This document shows, one piece after another, positions 18,872 through 27,165 of a stretch of 32,000 bases of DNA (its first letter is position 1; the number at the start of each line of letters is the position of its first letter). The stretch is from the NCBI GenBank assembly GCA_046497275.1, contig JAWOFX010000092.1, positions 5,682-37,681 of the forward strand, written 5' to 3'. A program made the position numbers and the translations under genes. This DNA comes from Promethearchaeia archaeon (lineage in GTDB: Archaea > Asgardarchaeota > Lokiarchaeia > Sigyniarchaeales > SOKP01). Below the pieces are notes generated by a model. It had not been told where the DNA came from and searched no databases. It was given only the letters and a program-made list of their open reading frames with translations.

Positions 18872-19477
18872 ATGCTTACTAGTAGAGAGAATAATAAAGA
18901 AAAGATTCGATCTGAGATTGCAAATATTTTTATGAAAATATCTTGTGAAAACACTGAGAGTAATGAATTAGCTGAAATTGCACGGCAGGCAGTTCAGAAA
19001 GAAAATCAAAAAGAATTTAATACTTCCTTAGAGCTTATTACGATATGGTTTCAATCTATTTTAGGTTTAAAAATATCACCTTCCGCAGGTAGATCTGATA
19101 ATCGAAAAATTGCTAATACATCATTAAAACAATTAATAAAGAAAGTTAATGACTTTCATGATTTTATCTCTGCAAATGAATTATATTTAGGTTTTCTTCC
19201 AAAAATTAAGCAACAATATATTCAGTTGATAAAGAGTTGTCCTGAAGCGAAAAAAATATTAAATGAATTCCAAAATAAAGGGCATAAGAATTTGCAAAAG
19301 TTAAATTTGATTGAAAGCGACTTTAAAATGTTTTTATATCATCTTGGGATATTTCCTAAAGATAATAAAATGAAAAATGAAGAGTGCCAAGAAAAACTAA
19401 GAATTATGGATTCTCTTATAAAAATGATTGTTTTACTCCATAAACCAATAGGAAATGTGAATTCAAGGTTTCAATAA
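18872..19477 (+). CDS. Hypothetical all-helical protein
   Basis: 201-aa ORF with AGGGG upstream, divergent from the previous gene; no family recognised. Confidence 0.7.
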   Translation: MLTSRENNKEKIRSEIANIFMKISCENTESNELAEIARQAVQKENQKEFNTSLELITIWFQSILGLKISPSAGRSDNRKIANTSLKQLIKKVNDFHDFISANELYLGFLPKIKQQYIQLIKSCPEAKKILNEFQNKGHKNLQKLNLIESDFKMFLYHLGIFPKDNKMKNEECQEKLRIMDSLIKMIVLLHKPIGNVNSRFQ

Positions 19478-19638
19478 ATTAATTTTCTTTTTCTTAAAAT
19501 AATATTTTAATTAACTCTCTAACTCCCAAATTGAGTTTTAATAGTTTTAAATACTCTTTATTATTTTGATTTGGGTTTATATAGTAATTTAAAAACCTTG
19601 GGTGAGACTTAATATAAAAAAATCAAAAACATAACCTA

Positions 19639-19773
19639 ATGAGATATAAACATTTTCCTGCTGTTTTTGTTAAAAGAAATAAAAAGAGAGAAAGAAATCA
19701 AAAAATCAACTCATTAAAAGAAATTGATCCAATCTTAGAAAAGAAAAAAGTATTTGAGACCTTTTTTAGATGA
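19639..19773 (+). CDS. Possible small basic protein (44 aa)
   Basis: Hand-translated ORF MRYKHFPAVFVKRNKKRERNQKINSLKEIDPILEKKKVFETFFR ends 29 bp from the convergent hydrolase stop. Confidence 0.28.
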   Translation: MRYKHFPAVFVKRNKKRERNQKINSLKEIDPILEKKKVFETFFR

Positions 19774-19802
19774 CCAGTGTAAGTAAGAGAGCAGATTCTT
19801 TT

Positions 19803-20660
19803 TTATTTCCTAATAAAATCTCGAATAGAAGAAACAACCAAATCTGGATCATCGTGCATAATCCAGTGGGAAGAATCTTTACTTTTTATCACTTTTAAAT
19901 CACTCACAAATTCAGAAAGACCTTCATAAACAATAGGTTTAATATAACTGTCTTTCATACCAATAATAACTAAGGTAGGAACTTCAATTTTACCTGTCCA
20001 GTCATCATAACGCCTATTGGCTCTATAATAATTCACAGAGGTTTCTAGGACTTTTGGCTGCGACCAAGCTTGAAGATACATTGCTTTATCTTCCTTAGAA
20101 AAAGCGCTTTTATTACGAGCATTTTCGAAAACTGAGAATCTAAGCATTTGGAAATTATTTTGTTTAAGAAGCTCATCGCTTCCCTCTTTGATTAATTGAG
20201 AGATATATCCACTTGCTTTTCTCTGTTTTTTATTATCCTTAATCTTTTGACGAAAGATTTTATAATGTGGTGCGTTTATGATGATTAATTTATTGAGTAA
20301 ATGTGGGTTTACTTCTGCAAAAGCCCAACTAATGAGACCCCCCCAATCATGCCCTACTAAGTTAAATTTATGTAGACCTAATTTTTCACTAAGATTCTTG
20401 ATATCCTCTACAAGAATTTTTAGATCATAATCATTAACTTGTTCGGGTTTGTCTGATAAATTGAACCCTTTCAAATCGGGAACGATTAGTCTAAAATCAT
20501 CTTTGAGTCCTTCTAAGATATTCTTCCAGCCATACCAAAAGTCAGGGAATCCATGTAATAAAATTAATGGATCCGCATCCTCTGGACCAACTAAAATAAC
20601 ATGAAGACTAATATCGTTTATTTTTATAAATCTTTCTTCAACATCAGAATTAAAATCCAT
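19803..20660 (-). CDS. Alpha/beta hydrolase, epoxide-hydrolase (EPHX-like) subfamily
   Basis: LHGFPDFWYGW, PDLKGFNLSDKP, Asp nucleophile GHDWGG, lid tyrosines (SGYI, NYYRA) and catalytic His in SHWIMHD. Confidence 0.88.
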   Translation of the reverse strand: MDFNSDVEERFIKINDISLHVILVGPEDADPLILLHGFPDFWYGWKNILEGLKDDFRLIVPDLKGFNLSDKPEQVNDYDLKILVEDIKNLSEKLGLHKFNLVGHDWGGLISWAFAEVNPHLLNKLIIINAPHYKIFRQKIKDNKKQRKASGYISQLIKEGSDELLKQNNFQMLRFSVFENARNKSAFSKEDKAMYLQAWSQPKVLETSVNYYRANRRYDDWTGKIEVPTLVIIGMKDSYIKPIVYEGLSEFVSDLKVIKSKDSSHWIMHDDPDLVVSSIRDFIRK

Positions 20661-20697
20661 TTTATAATTTCACCAGATTAATATCAAGATATAATTA

Positions 20698-21594
20698 TCA
20701 TTTAAATTTTTTCCCAAATAGAGTGGCTTTTCTATGAATTTTTAATATATGAATGGGAGATCGCATCATAAACCCCATATCATCCGAGATGCAGTTACGT
20801 AAGTCTAAAAACGTATTATAATATCTCTTTTCTTGTTTAAATTTTCTATTATTTCCATAAGCTAAATACCTTTTTATAATTTTATCCAAAATGACAGTAT
20901 CTTCATATACATAATAATTAAAGGTTCTTAATGACCACTTAACTGCTTCTAATTGATATTTAATGGCATTTAATGAGCGAAAAGGAGATATTAATAGAGA
21001 AAAAAAAGAAATCATTAAATTCATCACTAAGCTTTTTAAAATCTCCCAAGTTGGGATTTTTGGTCGTTCGATGAGTGTATTTATCGGAACACCATACAAA
21101 ATTTTATTACTATCAATTACATTATTAATAACTATTTTTCTTGGAGCAAATAACACACTAAAAACACGATTTACTTCAAACATCTTATGAAATAATAGCT
21201 TACAAAAATGGGATTCAAAGGTTAGAAAATGACTTACAAACATTCCTGTGGATTTTTGAATCGCAAATAGAACTTTTTTCGGAAGATTTTCATTTGCTTC
21301 ACGAAATTTATGCTTAATCTCTAATGCAGAGATATATTTCTCGCACTCCCTCATTATTGCTTTTGAGACATCATTGGAGACAATTATTAATAAATCACAG
21401 TCAGATATTGATTTGTTATCCTTCCTTTGTGGAACCTGACTTCCAAAAAGAGTTAGAGAGATAAGGTTTTTTAATCCAATCTTTTTTCTAATTATTTTAA
21501 AAATATTAATTATGTAATCTTGAGATTTTTTATTCAAATTTTCAATATTTGATTTTAATTTCCCAAGAGAATTTTTTACATTATCAGTTTCCAT
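20698..21594 (-). CDS. Pol-beta superfamily nucleotidyltransferase with a fused helical (HEPN-like) C-terminal domain
   Basis: LFGS...SDCDLLII gives the hG[GS]..DxD motif; the C-terminal half is helical and contains LRNCISD. Confidence 0.75.
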   Translation of the reverse strand: METDNVKNSLGKLKSNIENLNKKSQDYIINIFKIIRKKIGLKNLISLTLFGSQVPQRKDNKSISDCDLLIIVSNDVSKAIMRECEKYISALEIKHKFREANENLPKKVLFAIQKSTGMFVSHFLTFESHFCKLLFHKMFEVNRVFSVLFAPRKIVINNVIDSNKILYGVPINTLIERPKIPTWEILKSLVMNLMISFFSLLISPFRSLNAIKYQLEAVKWSLRTFNYYVYEDTVILDKIIKRYLAYGNNRKFKQEKRYYNTFLDLRNCISDDMGFMMRSPIHILKIHRKATLFGKKFK

Positions 21595-21695
21595 TTTAAT
21601 ATGAAAAGGTTATCATTGAAAAAAATGCTGCTAAAACTATTAAACTTTTCAAAGTTTAAAAAATAAAATAAGAGAAAATAAAAAATAAATCAGAT

Positions 21696-23705
21696 TTAAG
21701 CACGGTTTCCTACTCTATACCCTCTTGCGATTGCTTCAAGAGCGGTTTCAGGTTTTCTTGCGGAACCAATTTTTTCTACTTCAATACCTAATTTTTTAAT
21801 TGGTTTATAAAGTGCGTCATTTGATTTAACTCCAGTGGCATAATAGACGTGGTCTACATTATCTATAATTTTCTCTACACCTTCAGGATCTTCATACTTC
21901 ACATATTCATCTCCAATTTCCAAAACATTTACATTTGCTAATTTATCAACACCAAGTTTATCTACTTTATCTAATAGAACCCATTTGGTCGTCTTCCCTA
22001 AGATGGAACCAAATTTAGGTAATCTTTCCAAGACTGTGACTTTATTCTTGCCTTTATAGAGCATATCGAGTGCTACTTTAGGATCTAAAGCATCATAAAA
22101 GGTTAAGAATTTAAATTGTTCGAGGGATAATGAACCATATTCCGCAAGATAAATCGCTAATTCGATCCCCGTTGCACCTCCACCAATTATCACATTATTT
22201 TTTCCAACTGGAGCATCTTTAGTAAATACATCATTAGCCCAGAATACGTGAGGTTTATCAATTCCCGGTATCTTAGGTTTTATAGGCAATGAACCTGTAG
22301 CAAGAAATACCACATCAGGATCGAATTCTTTTACCATGTCTAATGTCACTTCCGTGTTCAAAACTGTCTTTATATCTAAACTTTGAATCCAATAAGTATA
22401 ATCTTCAATCATGCGTTTGAATTCATTTCTTCCAGGAGGGATCCAGATCGTATTAATGAGTCCACCGATTTTATCGTCTTTTTCAAAAATTGTTACATCA
22501 TGTCCTCTTTTTGCTGCAATCCGAGCAGACTCCAAACCTCCAGGACCAGCGCCTATAACCATGATTTTTTTCTTCTCTTCTAACGGATTTAATTCTCGTC
22601 TACTCTCATCAGCTGCTCTTGCATTTCTTAAACAAGTTATAGGTTTTAATGCAAAAACATTATCGAAGCATCCTTGATTACATGCCACACAGTGTATTAT
22701 AGAATGAAGAGCATTGTTTTTTGCCTTTTGGGGCAAATAAGGATCAGCAATTAAAGGTCTTCCCATACATATTGCATCAGCTTTACCCGCCATCAAAATT
22801 TCCTCAGCCAAGACTGGATCATTTATTCTATTAGATGAGAAAATGGGGATATTCACACGATTTTTTATTATTTCCGCTAAGTATGAATAAGCTCCCTCTG
22901 GAACGTCCATAGTTAGTTGAGGAACTTTCGTTTCATGCCATCCTCCCGTCACATTATAATAGTCCAAATATTCAGATAATTCTTCGGCCACTACTGCTTT
23001 TTCTTTATATGTATTACTTTCGGGAACAAAATCATCACCTGAAATCCTATAACCCACGACAAAATCATCAACGGTCGTTCTTATAAGGTCTAAAGTCTCT
23101 TTTGGAAATCTTAAACGATCCTCTAGATCTCCCCCATATTCATCAGTTCGCTTATTCGTCTTAGGAGAAATGAATTGATCCATCAGGTATCCTGCATTAG
23201 CACAAACCTCAACCGCATCAAATCCCGCTTTTTTTGCTCTTAAGGCGGCATCCGCGAACGCTTTTTGCTCTCGCTCTATATCTTCATCTGTCATTTTACG
23301 AGGAGTGGTGTTGCTAAAATTACTATACACTTCCGATGGCGCGATTGGTTGCTTCCCTATTATTTGCGGAAAAGCATAGGCTCCACCGTGATAAAGTTGA
23401 CAGCAAACTTTCACATCATCTCTTGTATTATGGACTGCGTCTGTAAATTCTCGTAATCCTGGGATAAATTTATCATCGTCAACCGCAATCATAGATGGTA
23501 ATCCCTTGCCATAAATATCTACATAACATCCTCCGATAATCAGCATCCCCGCACCTCCTTTAGCTCGCTCAACGTAAAAATCGATTAACCTTTGAGTCAT
23601 TGCACCTTGATCCGCAAGTCCAAGATGCATAGCAGGCATTATTATCCTGTTTGATACTTCTAAATTCTTAATGCTTAATGGAGTGAAAAGTTTAAAGAAT
23701 TTCAT
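21696..23705 (-). CDS. fadH: 2,4-dienoyl-CoA reductase FadH-like (OYE TIM barrel + 4Fe-4S + FAD/NADPH domains)
   Basis: NRIIMPAMH, GYLMDQF (Tyr), GWHE (His), NRINDP, CVACNQGC..TC, GAGPGG and IIGGGATG. Confidence 0.85.
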   Translation of the reverse strand: MKFFKLFTPLSIKNLEVSNRIIMPAMHLGLADQGAMTQRLIDFYVERAKGGAGMLIIGGCYVDIYGKGLPSMIAVDDDKFIPGLREFTDAVHNTRDDVKVCCQLYHGGAYAFPQIIGKQPIAPSEVYSNFSNTTPRKMTDEDIEREQKAFADAALRAKKAGFDAVEVCANAGYLMDQFISPKTNKRTDEYGGDLEDRLRFPKETLDLIRTTVDDFVVGYRISGDDFVPESNTYKEKAVVAEELSEYLDYYNVTGGWHETKVPQLTMDVPEGAYSYLAEIIKNRVNIPIFSSNRINDPVLAEEILMAGKADAICMGRPLIADPYLPQKAKNNALHSIIHCVACNQGCFDNVFALKPITCLRNARAADESRRELNPLEEKKKIMVIGAGPGGLESARIAAKRGHDVTIFEKDDKIGGLINTIWIPPGRNEFKRMIEDYTYWIQSLDIKTVLNTEVTLDMVKEFDPDVVFLATGSLPIKPKIPGIDKPHVFWANDVFTKDAPVGKNNVIIGGGATGIELAIYLAEYGSLSLEQFKFLTFYDALDPKVALDMLYKGKNKVTVLERLPKFGSILGKTTKWVLLDKVDKLGVDKLANVNVLEIGDEYVKYEDPEGVEKIIDNVDHVYYATGVKSNDALYKPIKKLGIEVEKIGSARKPETALEAIARGYRVGNRA

Positions 23706-23820
23706 ATCTTTTTCCTCTATTTATATTTTTATATTAATTTAATTTTAATTTATATTTTAAAATATATAATTGTATAATTTTGAAAACATGAATTTTCAAA
23801 TTAGAAAATTTTAGAATTTT

Positions 23821-24609
23821 TTAACGAAAATAAGAGTCTGTGCCTTTGTCTTTTTGATATTCTTTCATAAAATGATCAGCTTGCTCTTTAAATTTGTCAA
23901 GCATGTCTTCCATCTCCTCTATTTTTTTATCGAGCTCGGAATAATCCATTTCAATCGCAAAATAATCCTTTAACACAGTGACCAAAGATTTTGAAGCTTT
24001 TGGGTCGAGATTAATCATTCTTAGTGGCAAAGTTTCTGCTAATAAGCAAATTCCGGGAGCAAAATTATTTTTACCTGCCCATGCAGGCAATATACCATTA
24101 GCTCCAGCAATAACTCCACTCTCCATCACTTCCGTGTTTTCTAATTCTAAAAAACTTTCTGTAATCTTTTTATCTGTCCCAGAAACATAGACTGTAGGCT
24201 CTTCTTTATCCATGGACTTATCTGAAACCATAGCACCTGCGCTTAAATACATTCTAATATTTCCTTTTGTTAATTTGTCCATCTCCTCACAAAATTGTTT
24301 GGAAAATTCAAATACACCTTCTGGGGATTGGGGTTGATAATCACCTGTTAAAACAAAAATATCTCCGTTTTCACGACCTTTATAAAACAATTTTGCTGTT
24401 GGAATATCGAGAGCTCCCTCTTCTACTGAACTTTTGGGAGGAAAGTCAAAATACTGGATATCAAATACTAATTCCGCATTAATAGCATCTTTAATCGAAC
24501 TAATTGCTAATTTTCCCACTAATGCAATACCCGGCCAACCGATTAATACCGTGGGATTGTTTAATTTCTCTGGATCAAGTTCAAGTTTCTTCTCGAAATT
24601 TATATACAT
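23821..24609 (-). CDS. Proteasome assembly chaperone (PAC2) family protein
   Basis: LIGWPGIALVGKLA, GVIAGANGIL, GICLLAET and DPKAS..LV.VL, with a C-terminal coiled coil. Confidence 0.88.
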   Translation of the reverse strand: MYINFEKKLELDPEKLNNPTVLIGWPGIALVGKLAISSIKDAINAELVFDIQYFDFPPKSSVEEGALDIPTAKLFYKGRENGDIFVLTGDYQPQSPEGVFEFSKQFCEEMDKLTKGNIRMYLSAGAMVSDKSMDKEEPTVYVSGTDKKITESFLELENTEVMESGVIAGANGILPAWAGKNNFAPGICLLAETLPLRMINLDPKASKSLVTVLKDYFAIEMDYSELDKKIEEMEDMLDKFKEQADHFMKEYQKDKGTDSYFR

Positions 24610-24862
24610 ACATATTTTAATTTATCTATCTAATTTAACTTTATTTCTCTTAAACATAGTTAATGAATAAAAATATCGCAAAATCATCAATTCATTTTAA
24701 AAGAGGATTATAACTAAAATAAATGAAATTGTAATATAAATGGAGCCATTTATTCAAATCTCAAGGAAATATTAAAATCAAAACTTTGATGGATAATATT
24801 TAATATTTAATAATCTTTCTAATACATGAAATTTTATAGTTTGAAGGCGATTTCAAATTTCA

Positions 24863-25579
24863 ATGAATACTTTAGAATTTTTAAACGGATTTTTGAGTCT
24901 TATTTATGTTGGAATATCGTTATTGATTGGCTTAACTCTAATTTATTCATATTTTAAACGAAATGAAAAAATACTTATTTATATAGGTTTTAGTTTAATT
25001 GGAATTGTCACTCCATGGTATCCGAGTAGTATTTCATTTATCGTGGCGCTTTTTAATTATGGAAAAGGAATTCCAGAAGTATTATATTATATAATAGGAA
25101 ACGCATTCGGTCCTCTCTTCCTTTTTGTATGGTTGGTGGTTTTCACCAACTATTATTATCAAAAGTATAAGAAATATATATTAGGCGCCTCGATAATTTA
25201 TGGAATCGTATTTGAAATCATTTTTTTTACTTTATTAATATTGGATCCGTCAAATATAGCATATTATGAACCCCCCGTAAATGTCGAATTTACGGGTATT
25301 TATTTGATACTAGCGGTATCAGTTATAATGATTTTTTTTATCACTGGAATACTATTTTCTTATGGTGCAATTACTTGCCATAGACAAGAGGATAAGATAA
25401 AGGGCTTTTTTGTTTTTACCGCCTTTATATCTTACACCTTGGGAGCATTTTTAGATGCTGCAGTTCAACAAGATTATTTAAATTTAATAATCACCAGAAC
25501 GATATTAATTTCGGGAGCAATTGAATGGTATTTTGGATTTATTATGCCCAATTGGCTTAAAAAAAGAATCCTAAATTAA
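24863..25579 (+). CDS. Stand-alone 7-TM membrane protein, paralog 1
   Basis: Seven hydrophobic segments with short loops and no cytosolic enzyme domain; gap-free alignment to the next gene (136/237 identical by hand count). Confidence 0.85.
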   Translation: MNTLEFLNGFLSLIYVGISLLIGLTLIYSYFKRNEKILIYIGFSLIGIVTPWYPSSISFIVALFNYGKGIPEVLYYIIGNAFGPLFLFVWLVVFTNYYYQKYKKYILGASIIYGIVFEIIFFTLLILDPSNIAYYEPPVNVEFTGIYLILAVSVIMIFFITGILFSYGAITCHRQEDKIKGFFVFTAFISYTLGAFLDAAVQQDYLNLIITRTILISGAIEWYFGFIMPNWLKKRILN

Positions 25580-25772
25580 TCTTCCAAGAATTATAATTAT
25601 CATAGATTTAGGTATAAATAAGAGGCGTTTTATTCTTATGTCTCCCTAATAACATTATAACTATTTTTCACTCAATAACGATTATTTCACAGAAGAAGAA
25701 TAAAGTAAATTTAATAATAAGAAGTTTTATTATTTAGGTAATTCAGCATTTAATTCTGAGTGGTTTCAAAAT

Positions 25773-26486
25773 ATGGATGCTTTCACTATTTTAAATGGTA
25801 CTTTTAGTATAATATATGTATTTATTTCAATCTTAGTTGGAGGTACAATGATCGCAGCTTATTTTAAAAATAAGGAAAAGCTGCTACTTTTGGTTGGTTT
25901 GACATGGATTGGTTTAGTAATGCCATGGTATCCAAGTAGTATATCCTTTATCGTTGCTCTTTTCAATAATGGAGTAGGAATCTCAGAGATCGCATACTAC
26001 TTAATTGGGAATGTTGCAGCTCCGGTTTTTATTTTTATTTGGTTAATGGCGTTTACAGAATTCTTTTTTGTAGAAAAACGTAAGGTTATATTAGGAGGAG
26101 GATTAGTTTACGTAATACTATTTGAGGCTATATTTTTAATATTATTAATTCTGAATCCTAGTGGTATTGCCGACTTTGAACCCCCGATTAATGTAGATTA
26201 TAAAGGTCTGTATTTAATTCTGGCATTATCCGTCATTCTCATAGTATCTACTACTGGATTATACTTTTCATATCGGTCGATTAAAACAGAGAAGAGAAAA
26301 ACCAAAATAAAGGGATATTTCCTTTTGGCTGCGTTCATTTCATATACGATTGGAGCGATTCTGGATGCTGCTATCGCAAGAGATTATTTGCTCTTGATTA
26401 TAGCAAGGATAATATTGATTACAGGCGCAATAGAATGGTATTTTGGGTTTATAATGCCTAAATTTTTACAAAAAAGATTGGAATAG
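25773..26486 (+). CDS. Stand-alone 7-TM membrane protein, paralog 2
   Basis: Same topology; shares PWYPSSISFIVALFN, AFISYTxGAxLDAA and GAIEWYFGFIMP with paralog 1. Confidence 0.85.
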   Translation: MDAFTILNGTFSIIYVFISILVGGTMIAAYFKNKEKLLLLVGLTWIGLVMPWYPSSISFIVALFNNGVGISEIAYYLIGNVAAPVFIFIWLMAFTEFFFVEKRKVILGGGLVYVILFEAIFLILLILNPSGIADFEPPINVDYKGLYLILALSVILIVSTTGLYFSYRSIKTEKRKTKIKGYFLLAAFISYTIGAILDAAIARDYLLLIIARIILITGAIEWYFGFIMPKFLQKRLE

Positions 26487-26573
26487 ATGAATTCTGTAGA
26501 AAGAATTTTTGATTTTTAACAAAAAATTAGAAGATAATCAAGATAATACCTATGTATCACCATGGTATTACAC

Positions 26574-26582
26574 TTTTTTTTT
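26574..26582 (+). terminator. Possible oligo-T archaeal terminator after the second 7TM gene
   Basis: T9 run 88 bp past the stop codon, followed by TTATAATT at 26591-26598. T runs are common at this AT content. Confidence 0.3.
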
Positions 26583-26634
26583 ATCTTTGCTTATAATTTA
26601 TTCTTTAACTACTCATTTGATAATTAATTGAATT

Positions 26635-27165
26635 ATGTTAAGATCAACTCTTATTGATGAAACAATTAAGGTTTCTATTATAGGTTTCCCTGCGGTGGGT
26701 AAAACAACAATGACCAAAATGTTAGCCCAGAAGGAAACAACGAAGAAATATATTCCAACTGCTGGTTTTGATTTAAAGACTGTAGAATTCGGTCCTTACC
26801 GTTTGAAAATCTGGGACTTCGGAGGTCAAAAAAACTATATGAATAAATATTTAGAAGATTTCATTGTAGGATCAGATTTGATTTTCATTGTAACTGATTC
26901 TACCCCAAAAAATGTTCTGAATTCGAGGGAACTTATAGACCATGCTCGAGAAATTATGGAAGATGACTGTCCCATTATCGCAATAGCCAATAAACAAGAT
27001 TTATGTGAAACTGATGGGAGAATGAATCATAAAATGGTAGAGGATCTATTACATACAAAAACGGTTGGTTTGAGTGCTGTAGATCATCAAGAAAGATTGC
27101 GTTTAATAAATATTATAGAAAATGAATTAGAAAAAGTATTAAAAAGGAGGGATTTAAAAGAATGA
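26635..27165 (+). CDS. Small GTPase, Arf-related (Ras superfamily)
   Basis: G1 GFPAVGKTT, G2 PTAGF, G3 WDFGGQ, G4 ANKQD, G5 SAV. No Gly2 myristoylation site and no CAAX box. Confidence 0.95.
   Translation: MLRSTLIDETIKVSIIGFPAVGKTTMTKMLAQKETTKKYIPTAGFDLKTVEFGPYRLKIWDFGGQKNYMNKYLEDFIVGSDLIFIVTDSTPKNVLNSRELIDHAREIMEDDCPIIAIANKQDLCETDGRMNHKMVEDLLHTKTVGLSAVDHQERLRLINIIENELEKVLKRRDLKE

Noticed and set aside
20963-24670. Alternative ORFs 20963..21190, 22383..22583, 22411..22677, 23265..23456, 23978..24190, 24267..24482, 24434..24670
   Set aside because: Shadow frames of the nucleotidyltransferase, fadH and PAC2 genes.
24863-26486. 7TM proteins as microbial rhodopsins or heliorhodopsins
   Set aside because: No Lys in the seventh helix and no DxxxK or SxxxK motif.
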